Source: a bacterium (GTDB lineage Bacteria; Desulfobacterota; Binatia; HRBIN30; CADEER01). Taken from it: a DNA stretch of 64,000 nucleotides. The notes beneath the pieces are model-generated. The model worked only from the letters and a program-made list of their open reading frames with translations, made no database searches and was not told the DNA's origin. The translations under genes and the position numbers were made by a program. Location of the stretch: positions 969,606 to 1,033,605 of the forward strand of contig JAHBUY010000002.1 of assembly GCA_019637795.1 (NCBI GenBank), written 5' to 3'. This document shows, piece after piece, positions 39,408 through 49,096 of this stretch (position 1 is the stretch's first letter; the number at the start of each line of letters is the position of its first letter).

Positions 39408-41681
39408 ATGCTTCGTCCTCGCGTTGTACTCGGCGCGCTGTTGTCCACACTGCTGACCGCGCACTCGGCGCTGGCAGTGATCAACTTCGTCGGCGCCGAC
39501 TTGACGAGTGTTCCGCCGCAGCCAGACTTCATGGCCACCGGGGACCTCAACAACGATGGCCTCGCGGACGTCGTGGTGATCAGTCCGGCCAGCAAGGACG
39601 TCACCACCTACCTCGCGAGCACCACCTCGCCATCGCGCTTCGCACCGGCGCGGTCGATCCGGGTCGGTGACACACTGCGCGGGCTGGCCCTGGGCGACAT
39701 CAACCGGGACGGCCGGCTGGACGTCGTGGTGGCCGATCAGGCGGCGAACGGCGTGCACGTTCTGCTCGGCCGCGGTGACGGCACCTATCAGGATCCGTAC
39801 TTCATCACCGTCCCCAGCTCGCGCAACCCCTACGGCGTCGCGATCGCCAACTTCGACGATTCGGGCGCGCCGGACCTGGCGGTGATCGATCGCCGGCAGA
39901 ACAAGGTCTTCATCCTCCTCAACGACAACGGCTCGCCGCCGCGGTTTCGCCGCGGCGGGGACTTCGAGGTGGGGGTCGGTCCCGAACAGATCTTGGCGAT
40001 CGACCTCAACAAAGACGGCAAACCCGACATCGTGACTCTGGATCTCGGCGGTCCACGAGTGAAGGACGTCTCGGTCGCCCTGTTCAAGCGCGTCCAGCAG
40101 GGCTTCCCCGAGTTCGAGAAGGCGGTGCAGTATGTCGCGGGCGCGAATCCGAGCGACATGATCTCGGCCGACTTCAACGGTGACGGCGTGCCCGACGTCG
40201 CCATGCTGAATCGCCCGAGCGGTTCCGCGCGGGCGAGCCAGATCGACGTCATGATGGCAACCGGCACGGGGACCTTGCTGCCGCCGCCGGGAATCCAGGT
40301 GCCGTGCCCGTTCTTCACCAATGGACAGCCCTGCCGAGCGCTGGCGCTGTCCAGCGGCGACTATGACGGCAACGGCACGATCGACCTGGTCGTCGCCCTG
40401 ACCGACCCGCGGTCGCGGGGGTCAGGCGCCCAACTGATCGATGCGTTGTACGCGCTCGGCGGTCGCGGCGATGGCGGCTTCGTTCCCGGTCCCGTGTTCG
40501 CGATCCAGAAGGCGCCGCGATCGATCGCGACCGGTGACGTCACGGGTGACGGCAAGCCGGACGTGATGATCGGTTCCCAGCGCTCGCTCAGTTTGCAAGC
40601 GTTCATCAACGTCGGCTCGCCGGGCGGTTCCGGCAACGGGGCCTCCTGCCAGACCGGCGACGAGTGTCTCTCCGCCCGTTGCACCAATGGCGTCTGCTGC
40701 GGCTCGCAGTGCGCGGCGAGCGAAGTCTGCAACATTCCCGGCCGGGAAGGGGTCTGCGTGCCGGAATCGACCGGGATGCTGACCGACTGCCAGGACCCCC
40801 GCGACTGCGGCGAGGGGCAGCCGTACTGCGTCGGCAACGTCTGTTGCGACAGCCCGTGCGACGGGGGCACCTGCGCGCAGCCCGGGTACGAGGGCGTGTG
40901 CGTGCCGCTGCTCGGCGACGGCTCCGAGTGCACGCAGGACGCGAAGTGCGCCTCGGGCTTCTGCAGCGACAACGGCCGCTGCTGCAAGGAGGCGTGCGAG
41001 GGCGGTTTCTGCGACGAGTTCGGCACCTGCTCGCCGCTCGCCAGCAATGGCTCGGACTGCACCGAGAACGCGCAGTGCGCCTCCAACGTCTGCGACGCCT
41101 TCGACCTGATCTGCTGCAATCGCAAGTGTCTGGCCGATGAGGAATTCTGCAATCCCGACGGCCGCTGCACGTCGTTCAATCCCGCCACTCCCGCGGTCAC
41201 CGTCACCGGGACGGGCGGCAATCGAACCTCGACCCCGACGCCGACCCGCACGCCGCGACCGAACCCGGCGCCCGACGGCGAGCTGTGCTCGGTGGAAGGC
41301 GATTGCCAGTCGGGCAACTGCGTCAACGAGGTGTGCTGCGCGGTCAGCCAGTGCTTGACGAATCAGCACTGCGCCGAGGGCAGCGGCCAGTGCGTCGACG
41401 GCGGCACGCCGACCCGCACCTTCACGCCGACCCGCATTCCGACCGAGCCGCAAGCGAACCCCTGTCAGCCCAGTCCGTGCCCGAAGGGCCAGAAGTGCGT
41501 CGTCGGCACGGACGGCGGGCCGATCTGCATCGCCACCAGCTCGAGCAGCGGCTGCTCGACGAGCGACAGCGGTGGCCCTGGGAACCTCCTGGTGCTGACG
41601 GCGATGCCGCTGCTCTTCTGGGCCGGCCGCCGCTGGCAATTGCAGCGCGCCAGCGTGCGCGCCCAGCGCTCGTCGCGCTGA
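39408..41681 (+). CDS. secreted FG-GAP/VCBS-repeat protein with tandem Cys-rich modules and a C-terminal sorting-signal-like tail
   Basis: ATG at 39408 was verified with an upstream AAGAGGGG Shine-Dalgarno and a signal peptide. Repeated D-x-N-x-D-G-x-x-D FG-GAP loops, at least 10 C-x5-C-x-S-x-x-C-x-x-G-x-CC type modules separated by (PT)n linkers, and a tail GCSTSDSGGPGNLLVLTAMPLLFWAGRRW. Confidence 0.75.
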   Translation: MLRPRVVLGALLSTLLTAHSALAVINFVGADLTSVPPQPDFMATGDLNNDGLADVVVISPASKDVTTYLASTTSPSRFAPARSIRVGDTLRGLALGDINRDGRLDVVVADQAANGVHVLLGRGDGTYQDPYFITVPSSRNPYGVAIANFDDSGAPDLAVIDRRQNKVFILLNDNGSPPRFRRGGDFEVGVGPEQILAIDLNKDGKPDIVTLDLGGPRVKDVSVALFKRVQQGFPEFEKAVQYVAGANPSDMISADFNGDGVPDVAMLNRPSGSARASQIDVMMATGTGTLLPPPGIQVPCPFFTNGQPCRALALSSGDYDGNGTIDLVVALTDPRSRGSGAQLIDALYALGGRGDGGFVPGPVFAIQKAPRSIATGDVTGDGKPDVMIGSQRSLSLQAFINVGSPGGSGNGASCQTGDECLSARCTNGVCCGSQCAASEVCNIPGREGVCVPESTGMLTDCQDPRDCGEGQPYCVGNVCCDSPCDGGTCAQPGYEGVCVPLLGDGSECTQDAKCASGFCSDNGRCCKEACEGGFCDEFGTCSPLASNGSDCTENAQCASNVCDAFDLICCNRKCLADEEFCNPDGRCTSFNPATPAVTVTGTGGNRTSTPTPTRTPRPNPAPDGELCSVEGDCQSGNCVNEVCCAVSQCLTNQHCAEGSGQCVDGGTPTRTFTPTRIPTEPQANPCQPSPCPKGQKCVVGTDGGPICIATSSSSGCSTSDSGGPGNLLVLTAMPLLFWAGRRWQLQRASVRAQRSSR

Positions 41682-41699
41682 GCGCGAGCGCCTGACGCG

Positions 41700-43658
41700 T
41701 CACATCGGGGCGGGCCCGTGGAGGGCCCGCCCCTTTTTTTCGCCGTTCGCCCGCTCGTCATCCGGCGACGGCTCGGCGGCGGCGCGGTCGACCACGACGA
41801 TCGACGCCAGCGCCGCCGACCACTCGCCGAGCTGCGCCGCCACCGGCACCGCCTCGTTCAGCCGGAAGACGTAGCCGTCGCGTTCGCCGCGGCCGCGCAG
41901 CCAGGCGGCGAGGATGATCGTGCCCTCCACGTCCTCGGGTTGGAGGGCTCGCGTGCCGGGCAGCGTCAGCTCGCTCTGCACGCGCGCCGCGAAGGCGGTC
42001 AGCTCGTCGACGGCGCGCGCCTCGGCGCGCGCGATCAGCCGGCCGTGAGCGACGGCGTAGAGCAGCGCCCGGCCGCCGTCCGCGGCCGGCTGCATGGCGA
42101 CGAAGTGCTGGCGCTCGACGATCCAGCTCATGGTCCGCTGGCGACGCCGCATGCGCCGCACCAGCTCGAGGTCGCGCTGCAGCCGCGCCGCCGCCTCGAA
42201 GCGGTGCGCCGCGCTGTGCGCGTCGCGCCGCTGTTCGAGCTGGCGCTGCGCGGCGCCGATCTCGCCGTCGAAGAAGCGCGCCGCCGCCGCGACCTGCTGG
42301 GCGTAGGCGGCGCGGTCGACGCGCGCCGCGCAGGGCGCGCTGCAGGCGCCGATCTGCCCGTGCAGGCAGGGCGAGACGTCCGCCGACGGCCGCAGGCCGC
42401 CGGTGCAGGTGCGCAGGCGGAACAGCCGCGCCACCAGCGCCTGCGCCTCGACCGCGGCGAGGCGGCTGCGGAAGGGGCCGAAGTAGCGCCCGGCGCGGCC
42501 GGTCAGTCGGTTGACGACCGCCAGGCGCGGAAACGCGTCGCCGAGCATCAGCTTGAGGAAGGCGATCTGCGGCAGGTGCTTGCTGAGCCGGTTGTACGGC
42601 GGCTTCAGGCGGCGGATCTCGTCCGCCTCGCACAGCGAGGCTTCGAGCTCCGAGCCCGCCACCGCCACCTCGACGTCGGCGATGTGGCGGATCAGGTCGA
42701 GCACCTTGCCGCGGTGCGCCGCGGCGTTGGTCAGGTAGCTGCCGACGCGCTGGCGGAGATTCTTCGCCTTGCCGACGTAGAGCAGACGGCCGTCGGCGTC
42801 GCGGAAGCGGTAGATGCCCGGCGCGGTGGGCAGCGCCGCGACGCGCGCCCGCGGCAGGGCGCAGGCGAAGCGCCGGCCATCGCTGGCGCTGTGCTGCAGA
42901 TCGAGCAGCTCCGCCACCCGCCGGACGCCGCGCCGGCGCGCCAGCTCGAGGAGCTGGAAGAGGATCTCGACCGTGATGCGCGCGTCGCCGAGGGCGCGGT
43001 GGCGGTCGACCAGCGGAATGCCGAAGTGCCCGCCCAGCGCGTCGAGCGACTTGCGCCGCACCTGCGGCAGAAGGCGACGCGCCAGGCGCAGCGTGCAGGC
43101 ATGGGGCTGGTCGAACGTCGTGCCGGCCAGCGCCAGGCGGGCGGCGTCGAGGAAGCCGAGGTCGAAGCCGGCATTGTGCGCGACGAGGACGGCGCCGGCG
43201 GCGAAGTCGATGAAGCGCGGCAGCACCGCCGCGATCCCCGGCTGCCCCGCCAGCATCGCGTCGGTGATTCCGGTCAGCCCGGTGATGAACGGCGGCAGGC
43301 GGCGGCCGGGATGCACGAGCTGCGCGAAGCGGTCGACCACGCGCCCGCCCACGACCTTGAGGGCGCCGATCTCGATGATGCCGTGGCCGCGCGTCGGCGC
43401 GCCGCCGGTGGTCTCGAGATCCACCACCACCCAGGTGGCCGCGTCGAGCGGCTGCGCCAGGGCGGCGTGCGCGGTGGCGATCCAGCGGCCGGTCGCCTCG
43501 CTGTAGGCGAAACGGCCGTCGCCACCGAGCAGCGCCTGCAGGAAGCGCGGCCCGAGCTCGCGATCGGCGCCCGGCCGGGTGAAGACCAGATCCAGCAGCT
43601 CGCCGGCCGTCGCCCCGGACGGCCGCTCCATGAGGTAGCGGTGGACTTTCTCGCGCAT
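41700..43658 (-). CDS. DnaQ-like 3'-5' exonuclease fused to a GIY-YIG (UvrC/Cho-like) nuclease domain
   Basis: Exo motifs (VVVDLETTG, LVAHNAGFDLGFL, HRALGDA) and GIY-YIG (PGIYRFRDADGRLLYVGKAKNLRQRV). The start is uncertain (Met41 chosen), because Met1 lies only 4 nt from the prfB stop. Confidence 0.7.
   Translation of the reverse strand: MREKVHRYLMERPSGATAGELLDLVFTRPGADRELGPRFLQALLGGDGRFAYSEATGRWIATAHAALAQPLDAATWVVVDLETTGGAPTRGHGIIEIGALKVVGGRVVDRFAQLVHPGRRLPPFITGLTGITDAMLAGQPGIAAVLPRFIDFAAGAVLVAHNAGFDLGFLDAARLALAGTTFDQPHACTLRLARRLLPQVRRKSLDALGGHFGIPLVDRHRALGDARITVEILFQLLELARRRGVRRVAELLDLQHSASDGRRFACALPRARVAALPTAPGIYRFRDADGRLLYVGKAKNLRQRVGSYLTNAAAHRGKVLDLIRHIADVEVAVAGSELEASLCEADEIRRLKPPYNRLSKHLPQIAFLKLMLGDAFPRLAVVNRLTGRAGRYFGPFRSRLAAVEAQALVARLFRLRTCTGGLRPSADVSPCLHGQIGACSAPCAARVDRAAYAQQVAAAARFFDGEIGAAQRQLEQRRDAHSAAHRFEAAARLQRDLELVRRMRRRQRTMSWIVERQHFVAMQPAADGGRALLYAVAHGRLIARAEARAVDELTAFAARVQSELTLPGTRALQPEDVEGTIILAAWLRGRGERDGYVFRLNEAVPVAAQLGEWSAALASIVVVDRAAAEPSPDDERANGEKKGRALHGPAPM
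41707..41740 (+). terminator. Rho-independent terminator
   Basis: GGGGCGGGCCC-gtgga-GGGCCCGCCCC perfect 11-bp GC stem followed by TTTTTTT. It is 26 nt after the FG-GAP gene stop and overlaps the 3' codons of the convergent gene. Confidence 0.75.
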
Positions 43659-43782
43659 GACCGGGCGCGGCCATAGCACGGCGCGAACAGAAAGCGAAAA
43701 CGGACACTTCGCCGCGGCGAGGCGGAGGGGCCGAGCGTCGGCGAAGGATCCGCCCTCCCGGCGCGGCGCGGAGGCCAATCGC

Positions 43783-44899
43783 TCAGTGCGGGGCGGTGCC
43801 GGCGGTCTGCTGCAGGTACTCTTCGATGAAGGGATCGATCTCGCCGTCGAGCACGGCGTCGGCGTTGCCGATCTCCTTGCCGGTGCGGTGGTCCTTCACC
43901 AGGCGGTAGGGGTGGAGGACGTAGGAGCGGATCTGGCTGCCGAAGGCGATGTCCTTCTTGGTCTTGTTCATCGCATCGATCTGCTCGCGCTGCTTCTGCA
44001 TCTCGAGCTCGTAGAGACGGGCGCGCAGGATCTTGAAGGCCATTGCCTTGTTCTTGTGCTGGGAGCGTTCGTTCTGGCAGGCGACGACGATGCCGGTGGG
44101 CATGTGCGTGATGCGCACGGCGGAGTCGGTCTTGTTGACGTGCTGGCCGCCGGCGCCGCTCGAGCGGTAGGTGTCGATGCGCAGGTCCTTCTCGTCGATC
44201 TCCACCTCCACGGCATCGTCGATCTCGGGATAGACGAACACCGAGGCGAACGAGGTGTGGCGGCGGGCGTTGGCGTCGAAGGGCGAGATGCGCACCAGCC
44301 GGTGCACGCCGACCTCGCTCTTCAGGTAGCCGAAGGCGTACGGGCCCTCGACGGTGAACGAGGCGCTCTTGATGCCCGCGCCCTCGCCGGGCTGCACGTC
44401 GACCAGCTCGGTCTTGTAGTCGTGGCGCTCGCACCAGCGCAGGTACTGGCGCAGCAGCATCTCGGCCCAGTCCTGCGCCTCGGTGCCGCCGGCGCCGGCC
44501 TGTAGCTGGACGATGGCGTTGCCCGGATCGTGCTCGCCGCCGAGCAGGCGCTGCAGGTCCATCTGGTGCAGCGCCTCTTCGATGCCGGCCAGCGTCTTCT
44601 GCGCTTCGGCGAGGGAATCGGCGTCACCCTCGGCGGCCATCTCGAGGTAGAGCTCCGCCTCCTCGAGCGCCTCGACCTGCTTGCGCCAGCCGGTGAGCGG
44701 CGCCGTCAGTTGCGCGCGCTCGCGGCTGACCGTCTGCGCCTTCTCGGGGTCGTTCCAGAAGTCGGGCTCGGACGAGATGGCGTCGAGCTCCTGAATGCGA
44801 GCCTCCCGTTTCGGGAGGTCAAAGATACCTCCCGAACGCCTGGAGGCGTTCGCGCAGGGCAGCGATGCGGTCCTTCAGCTCGGATGTTTCGATGGCCAT
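43783..44899 (-). CDS. prfB: peptide chain release factor 2 with +1 programmed frameshift
   Basis: ORF0 [26 protein letters not shown] ends in GGGAGG-UAU-CUU-UGA-C at ~44818-44833. The +1 frame continues [16 protein letters not shown]... into the 285-aa ORF containing SPF and GGQ ([11 protein letters not shown]). Confidence 0.85.
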
Positions 44900-44951
44900 G
44901 GTCGGGGAATGTAGCGGCTTTGCGCGCTGCGGTCGACGGCGTCCGGCGCGG

Positions 44952-45542
44952 CTATTTCTTGATCAGCTCGATGTCGAGCGTGACGTCGACGTCGTCGCCG
45001 ACCACCACGCCGCCGCCGTCGAGCGCTTTGCTCCAGTTGAGGCCGAAGTCCTTGCGGTTGATGCGGGTGGTCGCGGTGCCGCCGAGCTTGGTGTTGCCGA
45101 ACGGGTCCCGCATCGGCGTCGGCGAGCCCTCGACCTTCAGGGTCACCGGCTTGGTGACGCCGTGCAGCGTCAGATCGCCGCGCACCGCGTAGGCGCCGTC
45201 GCCCGCCTTCTCGATCGCCGTCGAGGTGAAGGTGATGGCGGGGAACGTGGCGACGTCGAAGAATTCGGGGCTGCGCAGGTGGTCGTCGCGCTTCTGGTTG
45301 CGGGTGTCGATGCCCTTGGCGTCGATCGAGGCCGTCACCGACGACTTGGTGAGGTCGCCGTCGTCGATCGTCACCGTGCCGGTCACCGGCCCGATGGTGC
45401 CGCGGACGGTCGACACCATGAGGTGCTTGATCGCGAACTGCGCGCTGCTGTGGTCGGGATCGATCTGCCAGGTGGCGGTACCGGCGAACGCCGGCGCGGC
45501 GAGCAGCAGGGCGAGGGCGCTGAGGCGGGCGATGCGATGCAT
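44952..45542 (-). CDS. YceI-family periplasmic polyisoprenoid-binding protein
   Basis: Signal peptide MHRIARLSALALLLAAPAFA, then a YceI-like body (WQIDPDHSSAQFAIKHLMVSTVRG...). Confidence 0.75.
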   Translation of the reverse strand: MHRIARLSALALLLAAPAFAGTATWQIDPDHSSAQFAIKHLMVSTVRGTIGPVTGTVTIDDGDLTKSSVTASIDAKGIDTRNQKRDDHLRSPEFFDVATFPAITFTSTAIEKAGDGAYAVRGDLTLHGVTKPVTLKVEGSPTPMRDPFGNTKLGGTATTRINRKDFGLNWSKALDGGGVVVGDDVDVTLDIELIKK

Positions 45543-45615
45543 GGACAGTCCTCCAGTCAGGGTCCCCGCCATGCTCCGGATTGCGCGCGCCGGCGCAAGG
45601 GCGGATTCCGTCGGG

Positions 45616-46836
45616 TCAGGGGCGGCGTTGGAACGCGAATCCGGCGGTGGTCGTGTTGGCCACCATCAGGATCTCCATCGGCGGCTCGGCAACGGCCGCG
45701 GACGGGTCGATGACCACCTCCCACGCCAGCCGCTCGCCGCCGCGCGGCGTTGCCGGCTCCAGGCGGGCGCGCGGATTCACCGCCTGCGCCATGGCGTCGA
45801 GGGCGGGCAGCGACTGCTCGCCGAGCAGCGCGTACCAACTGTACGGATCGCCCTCGCGCAGCGCCTCCGAGTCCATCACCGCCAGCCGGCCGCCGGCGAT
45901 GCCGACGTCCAGGTACTCCGGGACGAACGCCGGGTGGAGGGCGAGGACGCGGCTGATCGCCTCCACGTCGTCGCCGGCGATGCCGAGGGCGCGGCGCAGT
46001 CGGCTCGCCGCCACGGCGCCGGCGCCCATCCACTGCGCGGCGGCGATGCGCTGCGCGGTGGCGTCGTCGGCGCGCTCGGCGATGGCGATCATCAGCGACC
46101 GCACCAGCAGGTGGTTCTGTGCCAGGAGCTCGCGGCAGACGCGGCGCAGCGCCGTGCGCGACAGCCGCTCGAGGACGAACTCCGGATCGAACGCGCCGCG
46201 GTAGTCGTTCCAGCCGCTGCCGTCGTCGGCGGGCAGGGGGCTGAAGCGGAAGCGCGCCAGCCGCGACGCGCCGACCCGGCGGGTGATGGCGGCCTCCACC
46301 ACCGGCTCGACCTCGGGATCGATCACCACCTCCCAGTGGCAGTGCGGCAGGCGATCGGCCGGCACGCGCGGTGGCCGGTGCCGCGGACGGCAGCGCGCCC
46401 GGGGATTGCTCGCCACCGCGCTGGCGTCGAACGTCGGATCCTCGATGGCGTGACACATCGAGCGCACCGCGGCGTCGCCGTACTGCTCCACTTCGAGCAG
46501 CGCGCCGCAGTGCGGCAACCAGAACTCGCCGCGCTGCGGGGTCTCGAGCCGGTAGCGGACGTCCATGTACTGGTGCGGGAATCCGACGTCGAGCTGAAAC
46601 CCCTTGAAGATGGTCTCGACCGTGTCCCCGGCGAAACCCATCTCGCGCTGCATGCGGCGGGTGTAGACCGGGCTCGCGCCCATCCACTCGTCGATGGCGA
46701 CCGCCTCGCGCGCCGCGGCGCCGAGCTGCAGGTGCACGTGCGGCAGGGCGGCGCGATTGAGGAGGTGCCCGAACAACAGGTACTCGCGCCCGAGGGCCGC
46801 GAGCTCGCCGTGGCTGAGGCGATCGGCGTCGATCAT
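45616..46836 (-). CDS. conserved hypothetical protein with internal two-fold repeat
   Basis: 406 aa with normal composition. Two related halves (REYLLFGHLLNRAAL... / RELLAQNHLLVRSLM...). No family recognised. Confidence 0.45.
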   Translation of the reverse strand: MIDADRLSHGELAALGREYLLFGHLLNRAALPHVHLQLGAAAREAVAIDEWMGASPVYTRRMQREMGFAGDTVETIFKGFQLDVGFPHQYMDVRYRLETPQRGEFWLPHCGALLEVEQYGDAAVRSMCHAIEDPTFDASAVASNPRARCRPRHRPPRVPADRLPHCHWEVVIDPEVEPVVEAAITRRVGASRLARFRFSPLPADDGSGWNDYRGAFDPEFVLERLSRTALRRVCRELLAQNHLLVRSLMIAIAERADDATAQRIAAAQWMGAGAVAASRLRRALGIAGDDVEAISRVLALHPAFVPEYLDVGIAGGRLAVMDSEALREGDPYSWYALLGEQSLPALDAMAQAVNPRARLEPATPRGGERLAWEVVIDPSAAVAEPPMEILMVANTTTAGFAFQRRP

Positions 46837-46888
46837 CTTGCCGTGCGCTGCCGGGTCGGCGGCGGCGAAGAGCGGCGCTCGGGCGCGC

Positions 46889-47404
46889 TCACTCGCTGAT
46901 GGTGACGCGCAGGACCTTCACCGGCGTGGTCGGCCGGTCGTTGGCATCGGTCGGCGTCGATTCGATCTGCCGCACGACCTCCATGCCGCTGGTCACCTTG
47001 CCGAACACCGGGTGCTTCGACTGGCCGGGCGTGAACCAGTCGAGGTAGGCGTTGTGCTTGGTGTTGATGAAGAACTGCGCGCCGCCGCTGTTGGGCCGTC
47101 CGGTGTTCGCCATCGACAGCGTGCCGATCTCGTTCGAGGCCCTGAAGGCCGGCGGATGCTCGTCCTGGATGGTGCCGAGCGGCGAACCGCCCATGCCGCA
47201 GCGCGGGCTCTTCGGATCGCGGCTGTTCTCGCAGCCGAACTGGATCATGAAGTCCTTGATCACGCGGTGGAAGTGCAGGCCGTCGTAGAAGCCCTGCGTG
47301 GCCAGCGCGATGAAGTTGCCGGCGGTGATCGGCATCTGGTCGCGGTAGATCTCGGCGCTGAAGGAGCCGAGCGAGGTGTCGAAGGTCGCGGTGGGATTCG
47401 CCAT
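46889..47404 (-). CDS. peptidyl-prolyl cis-trans isomerase, cyclophilin type
   Basis: [13 protein letters not shown]...[20 protein letters not shown] is the canonical cyclophilin signature. Confidence 0.9.
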   Translation of the reverse strand: MANPTATFDTSLGSFSAEIYRDQMPITAGNFIALATQGFYDGLHFHRVIKDFMIQFGCENSRDPKSPRCGMGGSPLGTIQDEHPPAFRASNEIGTLSMANTGRPNSGGAQFFINTKHNAYLDWFTPGQSKHPVFGKVTSGMEVVRQIESTPTDANDRPTTPVKVLRVTISE

Positions 47405-47454
47405 CGTTCGTCGCTAGCGCGCGCGTGCCGTCGCCGCAAGCCGCCGGGCGACGG

Positions 47455-47883
47455 TCACGGCGCGCGGCGCAGCGAGGCCGCGAGGGCGGCGACCAGGATC
47501 GGCAGCGCCACCAGCACCGCGTAGTGTTCGGGGGGGTGATGGGCGGCGCCGCCGGTGAAGACCCAGCCGTTGAGGGCGTGCAGCGTCCGCTCGAGGATCG
47601 CCAGCGCCAGTAGCAGCGGCACCAGCTCGCGGTAGCGCAGGGAGACGATGAGGGCGGTGAGCCCGAAGGCGATCTGGGTCGCCCCCGCCCAGGCGAAGAC
47701 GGCGACGATGACCCGGCCGTTCTGGCTCAGGTCGATGCCGGCGATGCTGCCGGCCCCGCCGTCGGGCAGGAAGGTGTGGATGCAGCCGGGGAGCAGCGAC
47801 AGGACGCCGAAAGCGGTGAGGACGTAGGCGGCGACCGGCGAGCCCGCATAGCGCCCGTTGGTGCTCGGCGGCAGCAGCGGCAT
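47455..47883 (-). CDS. small membrane protein
   Basis: 142 aa with four hydrophobic helices. Same strand as, and abutting, the neighbouring genes. Confidence 0.4.
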   Translation of the reverse strand: MPLLPPSTNGRYAGSPVAAYVLTAFGVLSLLPGCIHTFLPDGGAGSIAGIDLSQNGRVIVAVFAWAGATQIAFGLTALIVSLRYRELVPLLLALAILERTLHALNGWVFTGGAAHHPPEHYAVLVALPILVAALAASLRRAP

Positions 47884-47889
47884 CGCGGC

Positions 47890-48792
47890 TCAGGCGCCCG
47901 CGGCGACGCGGTGCAGGAGGTCGGCGATCGCCTCGGGCGCATCCTCCTGCAGGAAGTGTCCGGCGTTGGCGATGGTCACGTGCGCCTGCCCTCGGGCGCC
48001 CGGGATGCGCTCCTGGAAGACCCGCTCGCCGCCGCGCGTCACCGGGTCGGCGTCGCTGAAGGCGGTGACGCAGGGCCGCGTGAACTGCTCGAGCACCCGC
48101 CAGGCGGCCTGGTTCTCGGCCACCGAGGGATGCTGGGGGGTGATCGGAACGAGGGTGGGGAAGCGCCGCGCACCGGCCTTGTAGCGCTCCTCGGGGAACG
48201 GCGCCTCGTAGGCGGCGCGCTCGGCGGCGGTCAGCGGACGCCGGCAGCCCATCGCGATGATGTTGCCGACCGGCAGCTCGGGCACCGACTGGCTGAAGTC
48301 GAGCCACGCCTTGAACGCGTCGCCGAAGCCGGTGCCGACCGGCAGCCCGGTGTTGGCGACGACGAGGCGGGCGAAGCGCTCCGGGAACGCGGCCACCAGG
48401 CGCAGGCCGATGAGGCCGCCCCAGTCCTGGCCGAAGATCGTGATCCGCTGCAGGTTCAGCGCCAGCAGCCAGTCGCTCATCCACCGCACATGCCGCTCGT
48501 AGGTGTAGTCGGCGGCGGCGCTCGGCTTGTCGGAGCGACCGAAGCCGATCAGGTCCGGCGCCACGACGCGGTGCCCGGCGGCCGCCAGGCGGGCGATGAT
48601 GTGGCGATAGAGGAACGACCACGACGGTTCGCCGTGCATGAGCAGGATGGGCGCCGCCTCGCGCGGCCCTTCGTCGATGTAGGCGATGCGCAGCGCCGTG
48701 CCGTCCGCGTCGTGGATCTCGCGGTAGCGCGGCGCGAAGGGAAAGTCGGGCAGATCGCGAAAGCGCGACTCCGGGGTTCGCAACACGTCCAT
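47890..48792 (-). CDS. haloalkane dehalogenase (alpha/beta-hydrolase, DhaA/DhlA-like)
   Basis: [19 protein letters not shown]...[12 protein letters not shown]...GQDWGG nucleophile elbow. High similarity pattern to haloalkane dehalogenases. Start at Met18. Confidence 0.8.
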   Translation of the reverse strand: MDVLRTPESRFRDLPDFPFAPRYREIHDADGTALRIAYIDEGPREAAPILLMHGEPSWSFLYRHIIARLAAAGHRVVAPDLIGFGRSDKPSAAADYTYERHVRWMSDWLLALNLQRITIFGQDWGGLIGLRLVAAFPERFARLVVANTGLPVGTGFGDAFKAWLDFSQSVPELPVGNIIAMGCRRPLTAAERAAYEAPFPEERYKAGARRFPTLVPITPQHPSVAENQAAWRVLEQFTRPCVTAFSDADPVTRGGERVFQERIPGARGQAHVTIANAGHFLQEDAPEAIADLLHRVAAGA

Positions 48793-48810
48793 GATTGGCC
48801 TCGATGTGGC

Positions 48811-48975
48811 AGAAATAAGTTCACCACGGAGGCACGGAGACACGGAGGGTACCGCGTCGGGCTGGCTGGTTGGTGGGAATCCGTACGGTCATTGCTGATG
48901 GGGTTGGGATCCCGGCCCCGTGCCCCTCATTCTCCGGGCTGTTCCGCGTCTCCGTGCCTCCGTGGTGAGAGTGCT
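48811..48975. mobile_element. MITE-like inverted-repeat element, copy 2
   Basis: Same 28-bp arms TTCACCACGGAGGCACGGAGACACGGAG (48820-48847) and near-perfect reverse complement (48943-48968, one mismatch). The flanking GACAAAAGCAC motif is shared with copy 1. The core differs. Confidence 0.65.
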
Positions 48976-49096
48976 TTTGTCAGCCCTCGCCGATGTCGCA
49001 AAAGTGGCACCACCAGTGCCACTATGTCAATCGACGCGACCGCGGCTGATCGCCTGCAGGGCCGCGCGGCCGTGACGCTCGCCGCCGGCGGCCGCG

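Noticed and set aside
41718-43707. 652-aa plus-strand and 649-aa minus-strand ORFs overlapping the DnaQ-GIY-YIG gene
   Set aside because: Alternative frames of a gene with clear exonuclease and GIY-YIG motifs. Low-complexity translations.
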